A DNA stretch of 64,000 nucleotides from Isurus oxyrinchus (taxonomy: Eukaryota): assembly GCA_026770705.1 (NCBI GenBank), contig JANJGN010000028.1, positions 15,996,001 through 16,060,000 on the forward strand, read 5' to 3'. The notes beneath the pieces were generated by a model, which was given only the letters and a program-made list of their open reading frames with translations, was not told the DNA's origin and ran no database searches. Positions 1 to 11,792 of the stretch are shown here, one piece after another. Position 1 is the stretch's first letter; each line of letters begins with the position of its first letter. The position numbers and the translations under genes were made by a program.

Positions 1-2554
1 AATGGTGCATTTCTCTACAAATGAGCTAATTATACAGAAGCAAAAGCTACACCGCAAGTAATTTGTAATATAATATATATTGACTTGGAATGCACGTACT
101 GTTCCAGAAACAAGAAAAGTCCAAACCTTTGAGTTCTTTGCAAGAATCATTAAGCCGCAGCTCTGATTTATTATGGGGATTAAACCTCCACAGAGCAGCT
201 TTAGGCTGCCTCTGCTGGTAACAGAAAGTCATAGCAATTGAATCATAGAGTGGCACAGCAGAGGAGGTCCATGGGCCCAATGAGTCTGCACCAGAGCAGC
301 AATCAGATTGGTTCCACTACCCCACTCTTTTCCCATACCCCTGCAATTATTTTTCTCTTTCAGGTATTTATCCATTTCCATTTCTGAAAGCCACCATTAA
401 AAGCTTCAATGAATCTACTGTCCAGTTGTAAGGGATAACTCCGCCATCATATAATCCAGCGGAGGAAGCATTGCTCACAAGGAAATACTGGTTTCAGAGA
501 GGGAAGCAACACTGCGAGTGTAGTTCTCAACTTGTAGAAGGGTAAAGTGGAGGGTGGAATCACCTCCGCACTCTTAGCTTTCCTCAGAACCGAACTGATT
601 CATTGTCAGCCGTCTGATAACCTCGATATGAATCGTTTCTACCACTCAGGCAGACGACGAGTGAGAAGGGTCTGTTGGCTGCCTGCCAACTCGTTTGTTC
701 TTGCACTAGGCTGCGTCAGAATGTATTCACTGCCTGATAAGTCAGCACGGCCCTGACAACCTTGACCTCATATTCTCATTGCCTTTCCACAATACTTGTT
801 ATCTCTTGACAGTTTGGTGTAGTATCTTTCTCCCTCACCTTAGGAATATAGTTATCCCCAGACGGGTGTTAAATCATAATGGCTTTTTTGTACAGAATTT
901 CCTTCTTGTTTAAACCATGACCGACCACTTTGACCATTATCCATCCTGCTGCTCATAGCATTGTGTTGATCTAAGTATAGGTAACTATATGAAACCAGTT
1001 AGTCCAAAGGAAGAAAAGTGTTACATTTTTACAAGAGACTTAATCAATAAACTTCAAATTCTGAGTGAGGTGGGAAGAGACATCAAAATTGAACCACGAT
1101 GTTGTTCCTGGTGTTGACCGTGTTCTCAAGTGCCTCTGGCATCCACCAACTGCAGAAGGTGTCAGGTGTACTGGTGGACACCCCAAGGTCCCTCTCCACA
1201 GCCACTCGGGTGCAGATATAGCCACAGAAGAAAGCCAGGCAGAATGGCTGAAAGATCACCCCCACTGCCTGGACCATGTGGATGGCCACTTTGACCAGGG
1301 GCAATCCAGCAATGGATAGGTTCTCCAACATTCTCACTCTCGTCGGCACATTATGGCCAAAGATTAAGAACGTGGAGATTGAAGTGCAACAAGAAATTCG
1401 GGAGCAGATCCATCAACTAATGGACGAGCGTCTGGAACCTCTCTGTGTGAAGCCAAGACAACCTGTTTTGACTTAGACAAATGACCTTGCACTGTGCCCC
1501 AGTACATGATTAGCTTTATTGATAAAAGTCTCACATTGATTGCGTACTCTGGACGGTCAATAATTGCACTTTAGCTCTTTCATCAAGTGTCTAAATGCGA
1601 CGAGGGAAAAAAAAACCTCTGCCCCTTTCAGGAATATTGCACTCGGAATGATGAAGGATGGTAACGATGAACATCTTCCAATAACGGGCTGGGAAATCTG
1701 CCAATTGTACCCTGATAACTTCCACCTGCATTTTACAGGCTGGATAAAGCATTGAAAATAACGAACGCTGCTCTTTGAATGTGACGTTTAATATGCACAG
1801 TGAAATGCATTGGTTTCAAAACTTCTTAAAGCGTAGCATTGCTGAAATTTCAGATTTCAAGTGCATAATAAATTAAAATTGAGACTTTTTCATAAATATG
1901 TTTCGCTTTAGCGACGTTTCAATTCTTCCTGTAAGTGCACAAATACTGAATATTATTTTCCCTTTAAGTTAAAGCAAGGACACAATGGGCTGAGTGGCCT
2001 CCTCCTGTGCTGTTAAATCCCTTCGCTTCAAAGAGGGGATAGGAGCAATTTCTTTAGGCAGAGAGCTGTTAAAACATGGTTTGAGTTTCTCCGTGTTGGA
2101 AAGACACTGTTGCAAATCTTGAAGGGGAAAATAGAGAAGCGTTTAGAACAGAGGGGGAGACCAAGGCAATGGGATTAGCTTTGGGTTGATGGGCAAGATA
2201 GCTCCAAAATGTGAAGGTTCAATACCGGGGAAAATAATCCACATTTAATCAATGTTTACCTGAGAAGGTAGCCCTTTCTACATTGCTGCATTGGATGATG
2301 CATGGCATAGCTTTATGCCTAGATAATCCTTTCTTGTGCACTGCACTTGATTCTCGACTTTTTATTAACCTCTAGCCACATCTCCTATCTAAACTGCCAA
2401 CGTCCTCATTCTCCTGCTTCTCCACTTTCCTACCCTACGGACTCTCTTACATACAATTCCGAGATGTCCTCCATTCGATGTTCTCCCATACTGGGCAGCA
2501 TATATATACCAGCGCCCCTGGTCTTCCGTGAGCAGATTAGTTTGGAATTCAGTA

Positions 2555-2800
2555 TTGTACCACTTCCGGTTTAGTGCACTGTCTTCACCGCTCACGACGC
2601 AGTCTGCTCTGCATTGGAGAGACCGGACATAGATTGGGTGCCCACTTTGTGAAGCATCCCTATTTAGTTTGAGCTTCCAGTCGCAGGTCATTTTAATTCG
2701 CTCTCATGTCCACTCTGACCTCTCGCTCCTCAGCCTCCTACACCATTCGGAAGAAGCTCTACGTAAGCTTGAGGAAGCCCATGATCTCTACTTGGCATCT
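2555..2800 (+). mobile_element. degenerate Neptune-type PLE GIY-YIG fragment
   Basis: cattggagagaccggacatagattgggtg...cattttaattc...aagcttgaggaa resembles 24428-24610. Confidence 0.6.
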
Positions 2801-2985
2801 TCGGGGTTTTGGATGGAGGGTGGGGTGCAATGTCCAGACTAGATGGTGTGCAAATCCCGGCTGCTATTAGCAAGTTGTAGATTAGTGACACATTGTTCCT
2901 TGGAGAGGCCTTTCAAGCAACACTCAGGATCGTGGCACTTGACAAACAGGCTGGGGAGACTGCGGTGTGTTGGTGTACTGAAAGA

Positions 2986-3610
2986 AAGAAAGACCTGCAT
3001 TTCTATAGTGTCTTTCACAACTGCAGGATGCCACAAAGTGCTTTCTAGCCAATGAAGTACTTTGGAAGTGTAGTTATCTGTTTAATGTGACAGTCCATTT
3101 GCCCGCAGCAAACTCCCACGACTAACAATGTAATGATGACAATATTACCTGTGCTACTGGAGTTGATTGAAGGGTAAGTGTTGGCCAGGACACCAGGGCA
3201 AATTGCCCTGTGCTTCGTAGTCCCATGGGATCTTTTATGTCCATCTGAGAGAGCAGACTATGGCGTTCTTCGGTATATTGCAAACTTATCAATCATACAA
3301 AAGGGACTGGTAAAATGATCATGTGGGTTCTTTATTTGAAGACGAGACCACATCTGTATAATAGTAACTAGGAAGTTATGTGGACATGCCTGACCTGTAG
3401 GACTGCTGCTCTCTTCTGTCTACAGAATCATGGGATTATACACCCTGTCTCATGATGGACAGCAGTTTAAGATGCATCCCTTATAAGATGCATGTACATC
3501 ACAACATTTTAACATCTCACCTGAAAGACAGCACCTCTAACTGTGCAGCACTCCCTCAGTATTGCACTGGAGTGTCAGCTTAGCTGTAATGTTCAAGCTC
3601 CTGGAGCCCG
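2986..3610 (-). repeat. DeuSINE (SacSINE1/AmnSINE1-like)
   Basis: Deu-domain ccatgggatcttttatgtccatctgagag, head region gcagcactccctcagtattgcactgg, and L2-like tail aaagacctgcatttctatagtg. Confidence 0.8.
3274..3506. mobile_element. short LTR-like insert splitting a DeuSINE
   Basis: A ~230-bp block ending cacaaca interrupts the SINE between cttcgg and tttaacatctcac. Confidence 0.4.
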
Positions 3611-4419
3611 ATGTCCAGCCAGTGGAGTTTCTGCATCTCTTTATTGTTTATCACTTATTTCTTGAACATGCCCGCACTTATCATGAGAGTCAGCAGCCAG
3701 GCCTCTTGCTGGATGAAACATGGTGGTTCATGAAAAATGTAAGGCATTGAAAGCTGCCTCTGTTAGGACATTGGAAGTTGAAATGAATTCATGATGGGCT
3801 GAGTGCTTTTGTCTGTATTAATAATTAAACTAGCTGTGTCTCTCTCTCTCGAGAATGAATGAAACAGGACATGGTTCAGATGCAAAAGGACAGAGGCTTA
3901 TCCAAGTAGGTGTGGGGGGGGGGGCAAAGATGCAAATATTTTGTCAGTGTTTGTTGGACCATAATCCTTGACTGTTCCCGAATTGTTCGTCTGTGTGGTC
4001 AGCATTGGTATTTGGTGCTGTATGTTTTCTTTTTATGTAAAAAAAAATCTAAAATTTACACCTGTACGTCACTGTGAATGCATTTTACAGCTCCTGCCAT
4101 CGAACATTCGGGTTATTATCAGGGCCAGAATGATCTCCTTGACAAGTTTCAGTCAGAGAGGCACGTTCCGGAATTCTTTGTCCCACCCCAAATCAGCCGT
4201 GTCTTCCTTTTCTGTTTGATCGCCTTTTCCCAGATCGCGTGTCTTTTGGGAGGAGTGGAGAGTGTTTACATTGTGATGCACAAGGTATTTCTATTGTTTA
4301 GGACAGGCTAGATGGACCAGAGTTGTTGTTGTTGTTGTCTGTCGAGTTCCTGTTGCTGAAGCAGCCAGTTTTTTTATTTCTAAACCAAATGTCGATCAGT
4401 AAAATAGCACATGTTAAAA

Positions 4420-4670
4420 GAAAGACTTTCATTTGTATAGCGCCTCTCACAACCTGGGAATGTCCAGAAGTGCTTTACAGCCAATGAAGTCCCTTATGAG
4501 GTGAGGTCACCATCGTAACGTAGAAAGTACAGCAGCCAATTTGCGCACAGCAAGCTCCCACAAACAGTAATGTGATGCTGACTGTTCCTGTGATGTTGAT
4601 TAAGGGATAAAAATTGACCAGGACACCCCGTTCTTCTTTGAAATAATTCTATGGGACCTTTCACAGACTA
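4420..4670 (-). repeat. DeuSINE 3' half
   Basis: gtgctttacagccaatgaagt...gcagccaatttgcgcacagcaagctcccacaaacag. Confidence 0.8.
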
Positions 4671-5050
4671 AAGACAGCACCTAAAGAAAGTGAGGAGGCA
4701 TTGCAGCCTGTTTGTGTCCTTGTTCCATTTCTCAGCAGTGGCCACTGATTAGCGATCAGAAATGGGAGCGACCCTGGCTGGTAGTACGGTCAGTTATAAC
4801 ACATCCACCACTGCCTTGTTAAGGTCAATAGGGGGAGACCAAAGTTTGAAATAGGGTTCAGTCCCACCAGACTGAGAATTTTCCACCAAAACTTCAAGCA
4901 GAAGAGGTTTGCTTTTTAACAATGTGAAAATGCAGCGCGCACGGTTTTTCCATGTGTTAATAAGCCCTCTCTTTTCGGCGGTTCTTGAGTATTATTGTTT
5001 GTTTCCTGGCGAGATCGAAGATCCTGTGCGTTTCACAACCCAACGACGTT

Positions 5051-5663
5051 GGCCTGAATTTTCCGCTTCCCTCCCTGCCCCCTGGCGGGTTCTAAGGCGG
5101 AGAGGGGTGAGCGTGAAATTGCGTGGACGGGATTCCCTCGGCTCCCGCCCGCACACACCTGCTCACTGGGATAGGCAAGGCTTCAGACAGGAAGGCCACT
5201 CTTGCCCCTGTTGAAGTCCCGTAAGTGGCCACTCGAGGGCCTTTTTCGGCCCAGCCTCAATTTTCAGTCTGGTGGGCAGATGACAGATCTGTGGGTTGGG
5301 GGGGGCGCGAAACCTGACAAGGGACAGAGTTCAATCTAGGGTGGGAAGGGAGCACGTGGGGGCACCTCCATCAGAAGCTCCCTTCTGACTGGGGGCACCC
5401 TCCCCCTAAGGCCCAATGACCTCCAGACCTCCCAACCCCCCATCCCCTGGGACCCCAATCGCACCCCCTCCCCTCCCCCACTCCCCCCGGCAACCAGGGC
5501 GCCTCTCCGCCCTGCCACTTGCCTCTCCTCCGGTTTCTGGCACTTAGTTCCGGGCAGCTCCCTGCAGTGCCTCTTCTGTCCACTTCTTCCCTGTGATGGC
5601 TAGAAATCCCGCCTCCTGCCAATGAGCATTTGTTAGATCCCAGCCATCCTGAAAATTCAGGCC
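5051..5663. mobile_element. non-autonomous TIR element (MITE-like, possibly Harbinger-type)
   Basis: Perfect 13-bp terminal inverted repeat ggcctgaattttc / gaaaattcaggcc, with a GC-rich non-coding interior. Confidence 0.75.
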
Positions 5664-5834
5664 ATTGTGAATAACCTGGAGTGTAACTCAGTAAGGATTT
5701 CACATTGGAGCGACAAAGCTCTCAATCCATGCAAAGAGTAACATCCTTTCATGAACCAGTATCCAAAGGGCTCCTTGGTATTTTAGTTGCGCATTGGCAT
5801 TAAGTGTTACAGATCCAAGGCAGATGGATGGATT

Positions 5835-6230
5835 TACAGAATCACAGAATTGCTACAACGCAGAAGGAGGCCATTCAGCCCATTGTGTCTGCTCCAGCTC
5901 TCCAAATGAGCAACTCACTTAGTGCCATTCTCTTTGTAACCTTGCACTTTCTTCCATTGTAGATAATGGTTTAATTCCCCTTTGAATGCTTCGATTGAGC
6001 CTGCCTTCACCAGTCTCAGGCAGTGCACTCAAGACCTTAACCGCTCCCCAAGTGAAAAAACCTTTTCTCGTGATGCATTTGCTTCTTTTACCTATTACTT
6101 TAAATCTGTGCCCTCTCGTTCTCAATCCAGCCACCAATGGGAACAGTTTCTCCCTGTCTGCTCTGCCCAGACCCCTCATGATTTTGAACACCTCTTTCAA
6201 ATCTCCTCTTAGCCGCCTTCTCTCCAGATC
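5835..6230 (-). mobile_element. CR1 LINE 3' end
   Basis: LERRRLRGDLKEVFKIMRG...TRGHRFKV, with the tail gggctgaatggcctccttctg. Confidence 0.88.
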
Positions 6231-7204
6231 AGCCATAGTCTAAATTGAATGATGGAACAGGCCAGAGGGGCTGAATGTTCCTACGTTCTTGAAGTTTACA
6301 GTAGAGGAGACAGGTTGACTGTGTTGTGTTAATGAAAACAATAGACTCTTTTATGGACATGCATCCAGTGGAAAATTTATGTTCTCCACTGCACCTTTTT
6401 AAATTATAAAGAACAATGACACCGGCGACCTAATTTCCCCCAGCTCGTGTGAGGTGCTGCTGTGCTCAATAGCTGTGTTGCTGGGTGGAGGATGGGAAAG
6501 CCAAGGTGGGCTTGAGAATTCTTGAACACGAAGAAGGTAAAATAACCTGGAGCTAATGGAAATGAAATTATTCTTTGCTGCACACGCCAACAGCGTAAGC
6601 AGAGAGGAATCCTTGCCTGATCATGTGGTCCGTGGTATTGTGGAAGGGTGCGTGCAGGGCCACAGAGCTACCACTGATGACCTCCCTGCCCTGCTGCTAT
6701 CTTGTTCGTCTAGGCAATAGCACAGCTGTCTCCCGCTGTTAGTTGTCTGTTGGGAACGGGGAGGAGCAGGGCCGGTGGGTGGATGGAAAGAACTTATTTG
6801 CCTGAATTGAAAAGAATAAAACCATCATTCACCTGCTTTATGCCACAACGGATGGATTGACTAAATTAATCATGAACATCTTAATTATTTATATCTTCTC
6901 TTTGAAGGAATTGCCAGCATTGGGATGTTGTGTGTAAACTACAGAAGGTTAATGGGCGGATGCCATTGCACACCCTTAAAATAACTTGCAGCACAGAAAC
7001 GTGCTCCGCAGCCCTGTACTCTTGTGCTGTTTATGGTCCATATAAGTGTTCTTCTACCTCACTTCATCTATCCTGAACTCTAATCCCTCCTCTCCTTTCT
7101 TCCTGAGGAACGACTTAACTATTAAATGTGTCTGTGCACCTGGGACTACATAACACATTGCAAAGCCTTTAGAACTCACAAGCTTTTTCATTTTTTTTTT
7201 TCAG

Positions 7205-7546
7205 GAGCCTTGAAGATCAAAGTTCCGGAAGTCCCCGTCATTGCCATATTTGGAAAAGACGTCACCCTGAACTGTTCCTTCACCACAGACGCTAACTTTT
7301 CCCTTGGCGACCTCAGTGTCATATGGCAGCTCACTGAGACTCGCAAGATGGTGCACACGTACTCACTCCAGCAGGACCAGCAGTCGGACATCTTTGTGAA
7401 CAGGACGGCGCTCTTCACTGAGGAACTGGAAAAGGGGAACGCCTCCTTACTCTTGAGGCATGTCAGGATCGAGGATGAGGGCAGCTTCACCTGCTTTGTG
7501 AGAATTGAAGACCACCAGAGCGCTCCCATCAAACTCCAACTGGCAG
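7205..7546 (+). CDS. CD276: CD276 (B7-H3) IgV-domain exon
   Basis: The polypyrimidine tract and AG (tttttttttttcag, ending 7204) and the GT donor (gcag|gtagga, 7547) are both phase 1. Translation is GALKIKVPEVPVIAIFGKDVTLNCSF...IWQLTETRKMVH...NRTALF...GNASLLL.HVRIEDEGSFTCFVRIEDHQSAPIKLQLA. This is colinear with human B7-H3 IgV as I recall it (GALEVQVPE...IWQLTDTKQLVH...NRTALF...GNASLRL.RVRVADEGSFTCFV). Confidence 0.95.
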
Positions 7547-7959
7547 GTAGGACCCCGTGAGATTGCGACATCAACAACCTGCTACTTTCACTGGCGCCCA
7601 GTCTGACAATGCCTCCATTTTAAAAATGCAGATCCCTCCATGGCCTCGCTCTCTCTATCTCTGTAATGGATTCCTAAGCCCACAATCTGGAACCCCCTCC
7701 CTAAGTCACCTCTCTTTCCCTCCTTTCAAAACAATCTTTAAGACCAAGAATTTGACTGCCTCTTCTGTTGGCTCCATCTCAAGTCTTCTTTGTCTTTTAA
7801 TACATTCCTGAATAGCTCCTTGGGACATTTTAGGACATTAATGGCTCTGTATAAATTTTGTTTCAGGCCTGTCCTATATTATGGGGCTGACACTTTGCCT
7901 TCTCATGTGTATGAGAAACAATACCAGTGACATGGCAAATGCCTCACCCCCACAAACAA

Positions 7960-8790
7960 AACTCCACTGGTACGCGGGACATGGGTGGAAAAAAAATGAC
8001 CAAACTAGGAATAAAATTCAAATTCGGGAGTGGGGGTTGTGTCAGTCACGGGTGTGCTGGAGGGGAGATGTTGGCCAGTTGGGGTTGTGGGAGTTTGGGG
8101 GGGGGCCAGGTTGGGTCAGGTTGGGCAGGGCCTGGGGGAGGTATTCGGGGGGGCTGGGGGCTGGAGGGAATCCCGTAGTTGGAAGGTGGTGTCGGGCACT
8201 CGGGCGGGGTGGGTGTCGTGAGCTATGGAAGGGTGGGGTGTGTCAGGCATTTGGGGAGGCCGGGGGTGTCGTGCACTCGCTGGGAGTGGGGAGGTGTTGG
8301 CCAGTCGATGTGTGTGGGGGTGGTGTCGGCCAGTTGGGTTGGGGTGGGGGGCATGTGGTTGGATTGAGTGGGGCCTGGGGGTGTAGTTGGGGTTGGAGAA
8401 AGTCCCATAAATGGGGGAGGGGTCTGTAGTTGAGGGTCCCTTTAGGGGGGATGCCCGTGAGGGGGTCAGTGTGTGTCTGTACAATAGTTACCCAGAAGCT
8501 AGAAGTTGTTTCAACTCTTCTAACCTTTTCTGGGTAACTATTGATGTAGCACAACAGGAACCATCCGAAATTTGCAATTTAAGTTGCATCTTCAGATGTT
8601 CCCCAGTGCAGGGCAGTTGTCCATTTGGAAGTTTGCTCTTCCTAAGCAATTGCCTTGCAATCCTTACCTGGGAACTTTGGCCTGGGGGGGTGAAGGGTAG
8701 GGACGGTGTAGCCCAAAGATGCGCTGCAAATGACAGCTCCAGGGCACCAGAAGTTACGACCCAAAGTGAAAATAGGGCCAAGCTGCTTGG
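7960..8790. repeat. G-rich dispersed element in the IgV-IgC intron; second copy at ~41000-41970
   Basis: A ~450-bp G-run low-complexity tract is followed by a block (acaatagttaccc...ctgggtaac...ggaagtttg...gcaattgc...taccTGGG) also found at 41722-41910. Confidence 0.7.
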
Positions 8791-8947
8791 ACATCAGGAG
8801 TCGGACTGTCAAGGATCTGCAGCTTCTATTTGACACATAGGATGCAGAGAGATTGGTGGAGTTGTAACCTTCTCACAGAGCAAAACATGTTGACGTGTTG
8901 AGAGTGTGTTCGCTAGCTGATATTTTTCACCATTTGTGTTGCTCCAG

Positions 8948-9244
8948 CGTCGTACTCCAAGCCCAGCCTGCACTTGGAACCCAACAAGAACTTGAAGCCC
9001 GGTGACGAGGTGGCCATCGCTTGTCACTCTTCAGGGGGTTATCCCCAGGCCAAGGTGCAGTGGCACGATGGGAAAGGGAGCAACATCACGGAGAACATCA
9101 CCACTTCGCAAGTGGCCAATGAGGAGGGCCTGTTTGACGTCCGCAGTGTGATCAGAGTGATACTGGAGCCCAACAGCACCTACAGTTGCATGGTGAGGAA
9201 CGAGCTACTGAACGAAGAGACCCAGGCTGTGGCAACCATTACAG
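8948..9244 (+). CDS. CD276: CD276 (B7-H3) IgC-domain exon
   Basis: Acceptor ttgtgttgctccag|cg and donor acag|gtcagt are both phase 1 and in frame with the IgV exon. Translation is ASYSKPSLHLEPNKNLKPGDEVAIACHSSGGYPQAKVQWHDGKG..ITENITTSQVANEEGLFDVRSVIRVILEPNSTYSCMVRN.LL.....AVATITG. It matches human B7-H3 IgC as recalled ([20 protein letters not shown]...GYPEAEVFWQDGQG...NVTTSQMANEQGLFDV...NGTYSCLVRN). Confidence 0.95.
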
Positions 9245-9729
9245 GTCAGTCGCACATCACTAGGCTGCCAGCTTGGCAATTTGAGGCCTGTGCTACTTCG
9301 AAATATAATAGAATGTTGTAACAGCATAACTTTCACAGCATCCATTCCAATTACTGAGCGCTGCCTCCGAGGAGTTCTGAAGTGTTTGAAACATCTGTTC
9401 ATTCATTCTGCTCTGCAAGCGAACCAGGCGAAAACCACTTGACATCACAATAGGATATTGGGAAAACATGTTTAGAAATCTTGATGGGCAATTTTTCTTT
9501 TCTGTATGGGGGCGAGGAGTGGGGGATATTTTGCCCTTTCCAATTCTGGAGCAATTTAAGCTTATTATAAACCTGGAACATGATGGAAATATACCATAAG
9601 TTTGGCAGTTTCTGCACGAGAGAGACTGGTTAATGTCTGAAATAAGACCCTGCCTCAGAACATTTTATCTGTTCACTTTAAATCTGTTTTAATTTACAGG
9701 TAGTTACATTTTTTTTTACTTTGGAGGGT

Positions 9730-10085
9730 TATGAGATGGATCTGCTGTAAAGGAGTTGAATTGAATTACTGTAGCTAGAATAACTAAGGAGAAACTGTTT
9801 CCAGTGGCAGGAGGGCTGGTAACCATAGGAGACAGACTGAAGATAATTGGCAGAAGAATCTGAGGAATGATTAATTTTTTTTATAATGTAGTGAGTTGAT
9901 AGGAGCTGGAATGCTCTGCCTTGAAGATTGGTGGAAGCAGGTTCAGTGTAACTGAAAAGGAAACTAAATGACAATGTCCCTGGGGAAGCAGGGGAGTTGG
10001 ACTGAATGGATAGCTCTACCGAAGCACCAGCACAGGAAGGATGGGGTGAATGGCCTCCTTCTGTGCTGTATCGTTCTATGTTAAG
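9730..10085 (+). mobile_element. CR1 LINE 3' end, degenerate
   Basis: agaaactgtttccagtggcagg...tggaatgctctgcc...gaatggcctccttctgtgctgta. Confidence 0.75.
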
Positions 10086-11792
10086 ATGGCAGGGATGGAT
10101 ATGTTTACAATTCATCATCAAACCCTCAAACTGCAGGTCTTGCTTATTCAGTCACACTTGAGTCAATGGCTGATTAACTAGAGATTTTTCAATTTCTTTT
10201 GGGTACAGTTAAGGCTACCTTAATTTAACAATTGGAAGCTGTTAACCAATAATTTGGAACAAAGGGAATTGTACAAACAGTTCAATGTTTGCTGAACAGT
10301 TGTGATTTTCCTTAATTAATTGGATTCTGAAAATAGCTTTTATTGGACAAAGTTAAATGCTATTTCACTATGTCTTTGCAAATGAGGTTAAAAATGCAGA
10401 CTTAATATAAAGCCATCTTGAAAATGCAATTAAATAGCAGGTTGCTTTGCGATGTATTTGTACTGGCCTTGTCAGATTAATGTTAAATTGAAGGATTGAC
10501 AGATTTAACCTTCAGGCTCATTTGTCAATCATTGATCTTGTCCTTAATTTAGCAAGACAAGATTCTATATGTGCCCATTATTGGTTAAGTGCGTGACCTC
10601 CCTAACATTAAATGTCATTGACTTGCCAAATGTTAAATAAGAGAAGTTGACAGTGATATATTAGAATTTTCATCCTGGTAAACTCGAATTTCAATGAGGA
10701 GATTTAAATACATTACTGAACCTGTCCCAGAAGTCACCTTTCAGGAGAAGGTACACTTCAGTTTCTGCCTTTATATTGTTAATGTACATGGTGATTAACT
10801 GCTAACAAAGGCTAGATAAGTCTTTTATCCGTTCCGTCAACCTGGGCATTGCTTGCAAGCCCAGCATTTGTTGCCCATCTCTAATTATCCTTGAACCGAG
10901 TAGCTTGTTAGGCTTTTTCAGAGGGCAGTTAAGGGGCCATTCATATTGCTGTGGGTTTGGAGTCACTTATAGACCATCCCTAAAGGGCATTAGTGGACCA
11001 GCCGGGCTTTTACGACAATTGTTGAAGGTTTTCTGATGCCATTACTGACTAGCTTTCAATTCCAGTTTTTTTATTTATCAAATAAAGTGAATTTATCAAT
11101 TAACGGGTTTCAAATTTCACCAGCTGCCATGAGGGATTCAACATAACATCCCCAGGGCATTAGCCTGGGCTTCTGCCTGGATTACTAACCCACTGGCATC
11201 ACCACTACAACACCATCTCCTCACATGAGTAATGTAAGTTAAAGGAACAATGAATTTTGAGGAGCATTTGAACATGTGCCAAACACTCTCGAGTTGGCTC
11301 CCTTACTCAGCAGAATGAAGTTACAGATAATTCCAACTCTTTGGAACTCCTTGAGACACTGACAGGAGGGAATGAAGGCCCACTCAACAGTCACCAAGCG
11401 GAGAAGGGCATCGGGTAAGGTTTCTAGACGCGGAGGCCACATTGTAATATATTAATTCAAGGAGAGAAATGGAAAGAGTGTCCATGGTGTTGCTGAGATC
11501 ACAGAAAGGGTCTTTGAAATCATAGATGATCCAGATGCTACCCAGCTTCAATACCATTGTTCCAGACATGTCTATAAACCTGATCACAGAACTTTTCTTG
11601 CTTCCTAACTTGTTTCGGCAGAAGATTGTGGAGCTAAGCTCTGGGAGCTGGTGACATCTCCACTTCTCATTGCACAGCATTACAGATGAATGCATTGTAC
11701 TTCCCAACCTAACATAAAGATCCACTTGCAAGGATGATAATTCTTCCCAGTCAAGAGTTTATGTTGACATACAGTGGTGGAGTTTAGAATAC

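Noticed and set aside
4091-4284. Candidate CD276 signal-peptide exon (hydrophobic RVFLFCLIAFSQIACLLGG)
   Set aside because: The hydrophobic frame has no suitably placed ATG after the acceptor, and the visible donor (aag|gtattt) is phase 0 whereas the IgV exon needs phase 1.
7881-8554. Gly/Trp-rich and Pro/His-rich ORFs (also 41180-41778)
   Set aside because: By-products of G-rich low-complexity sequence that lacks stop codons.
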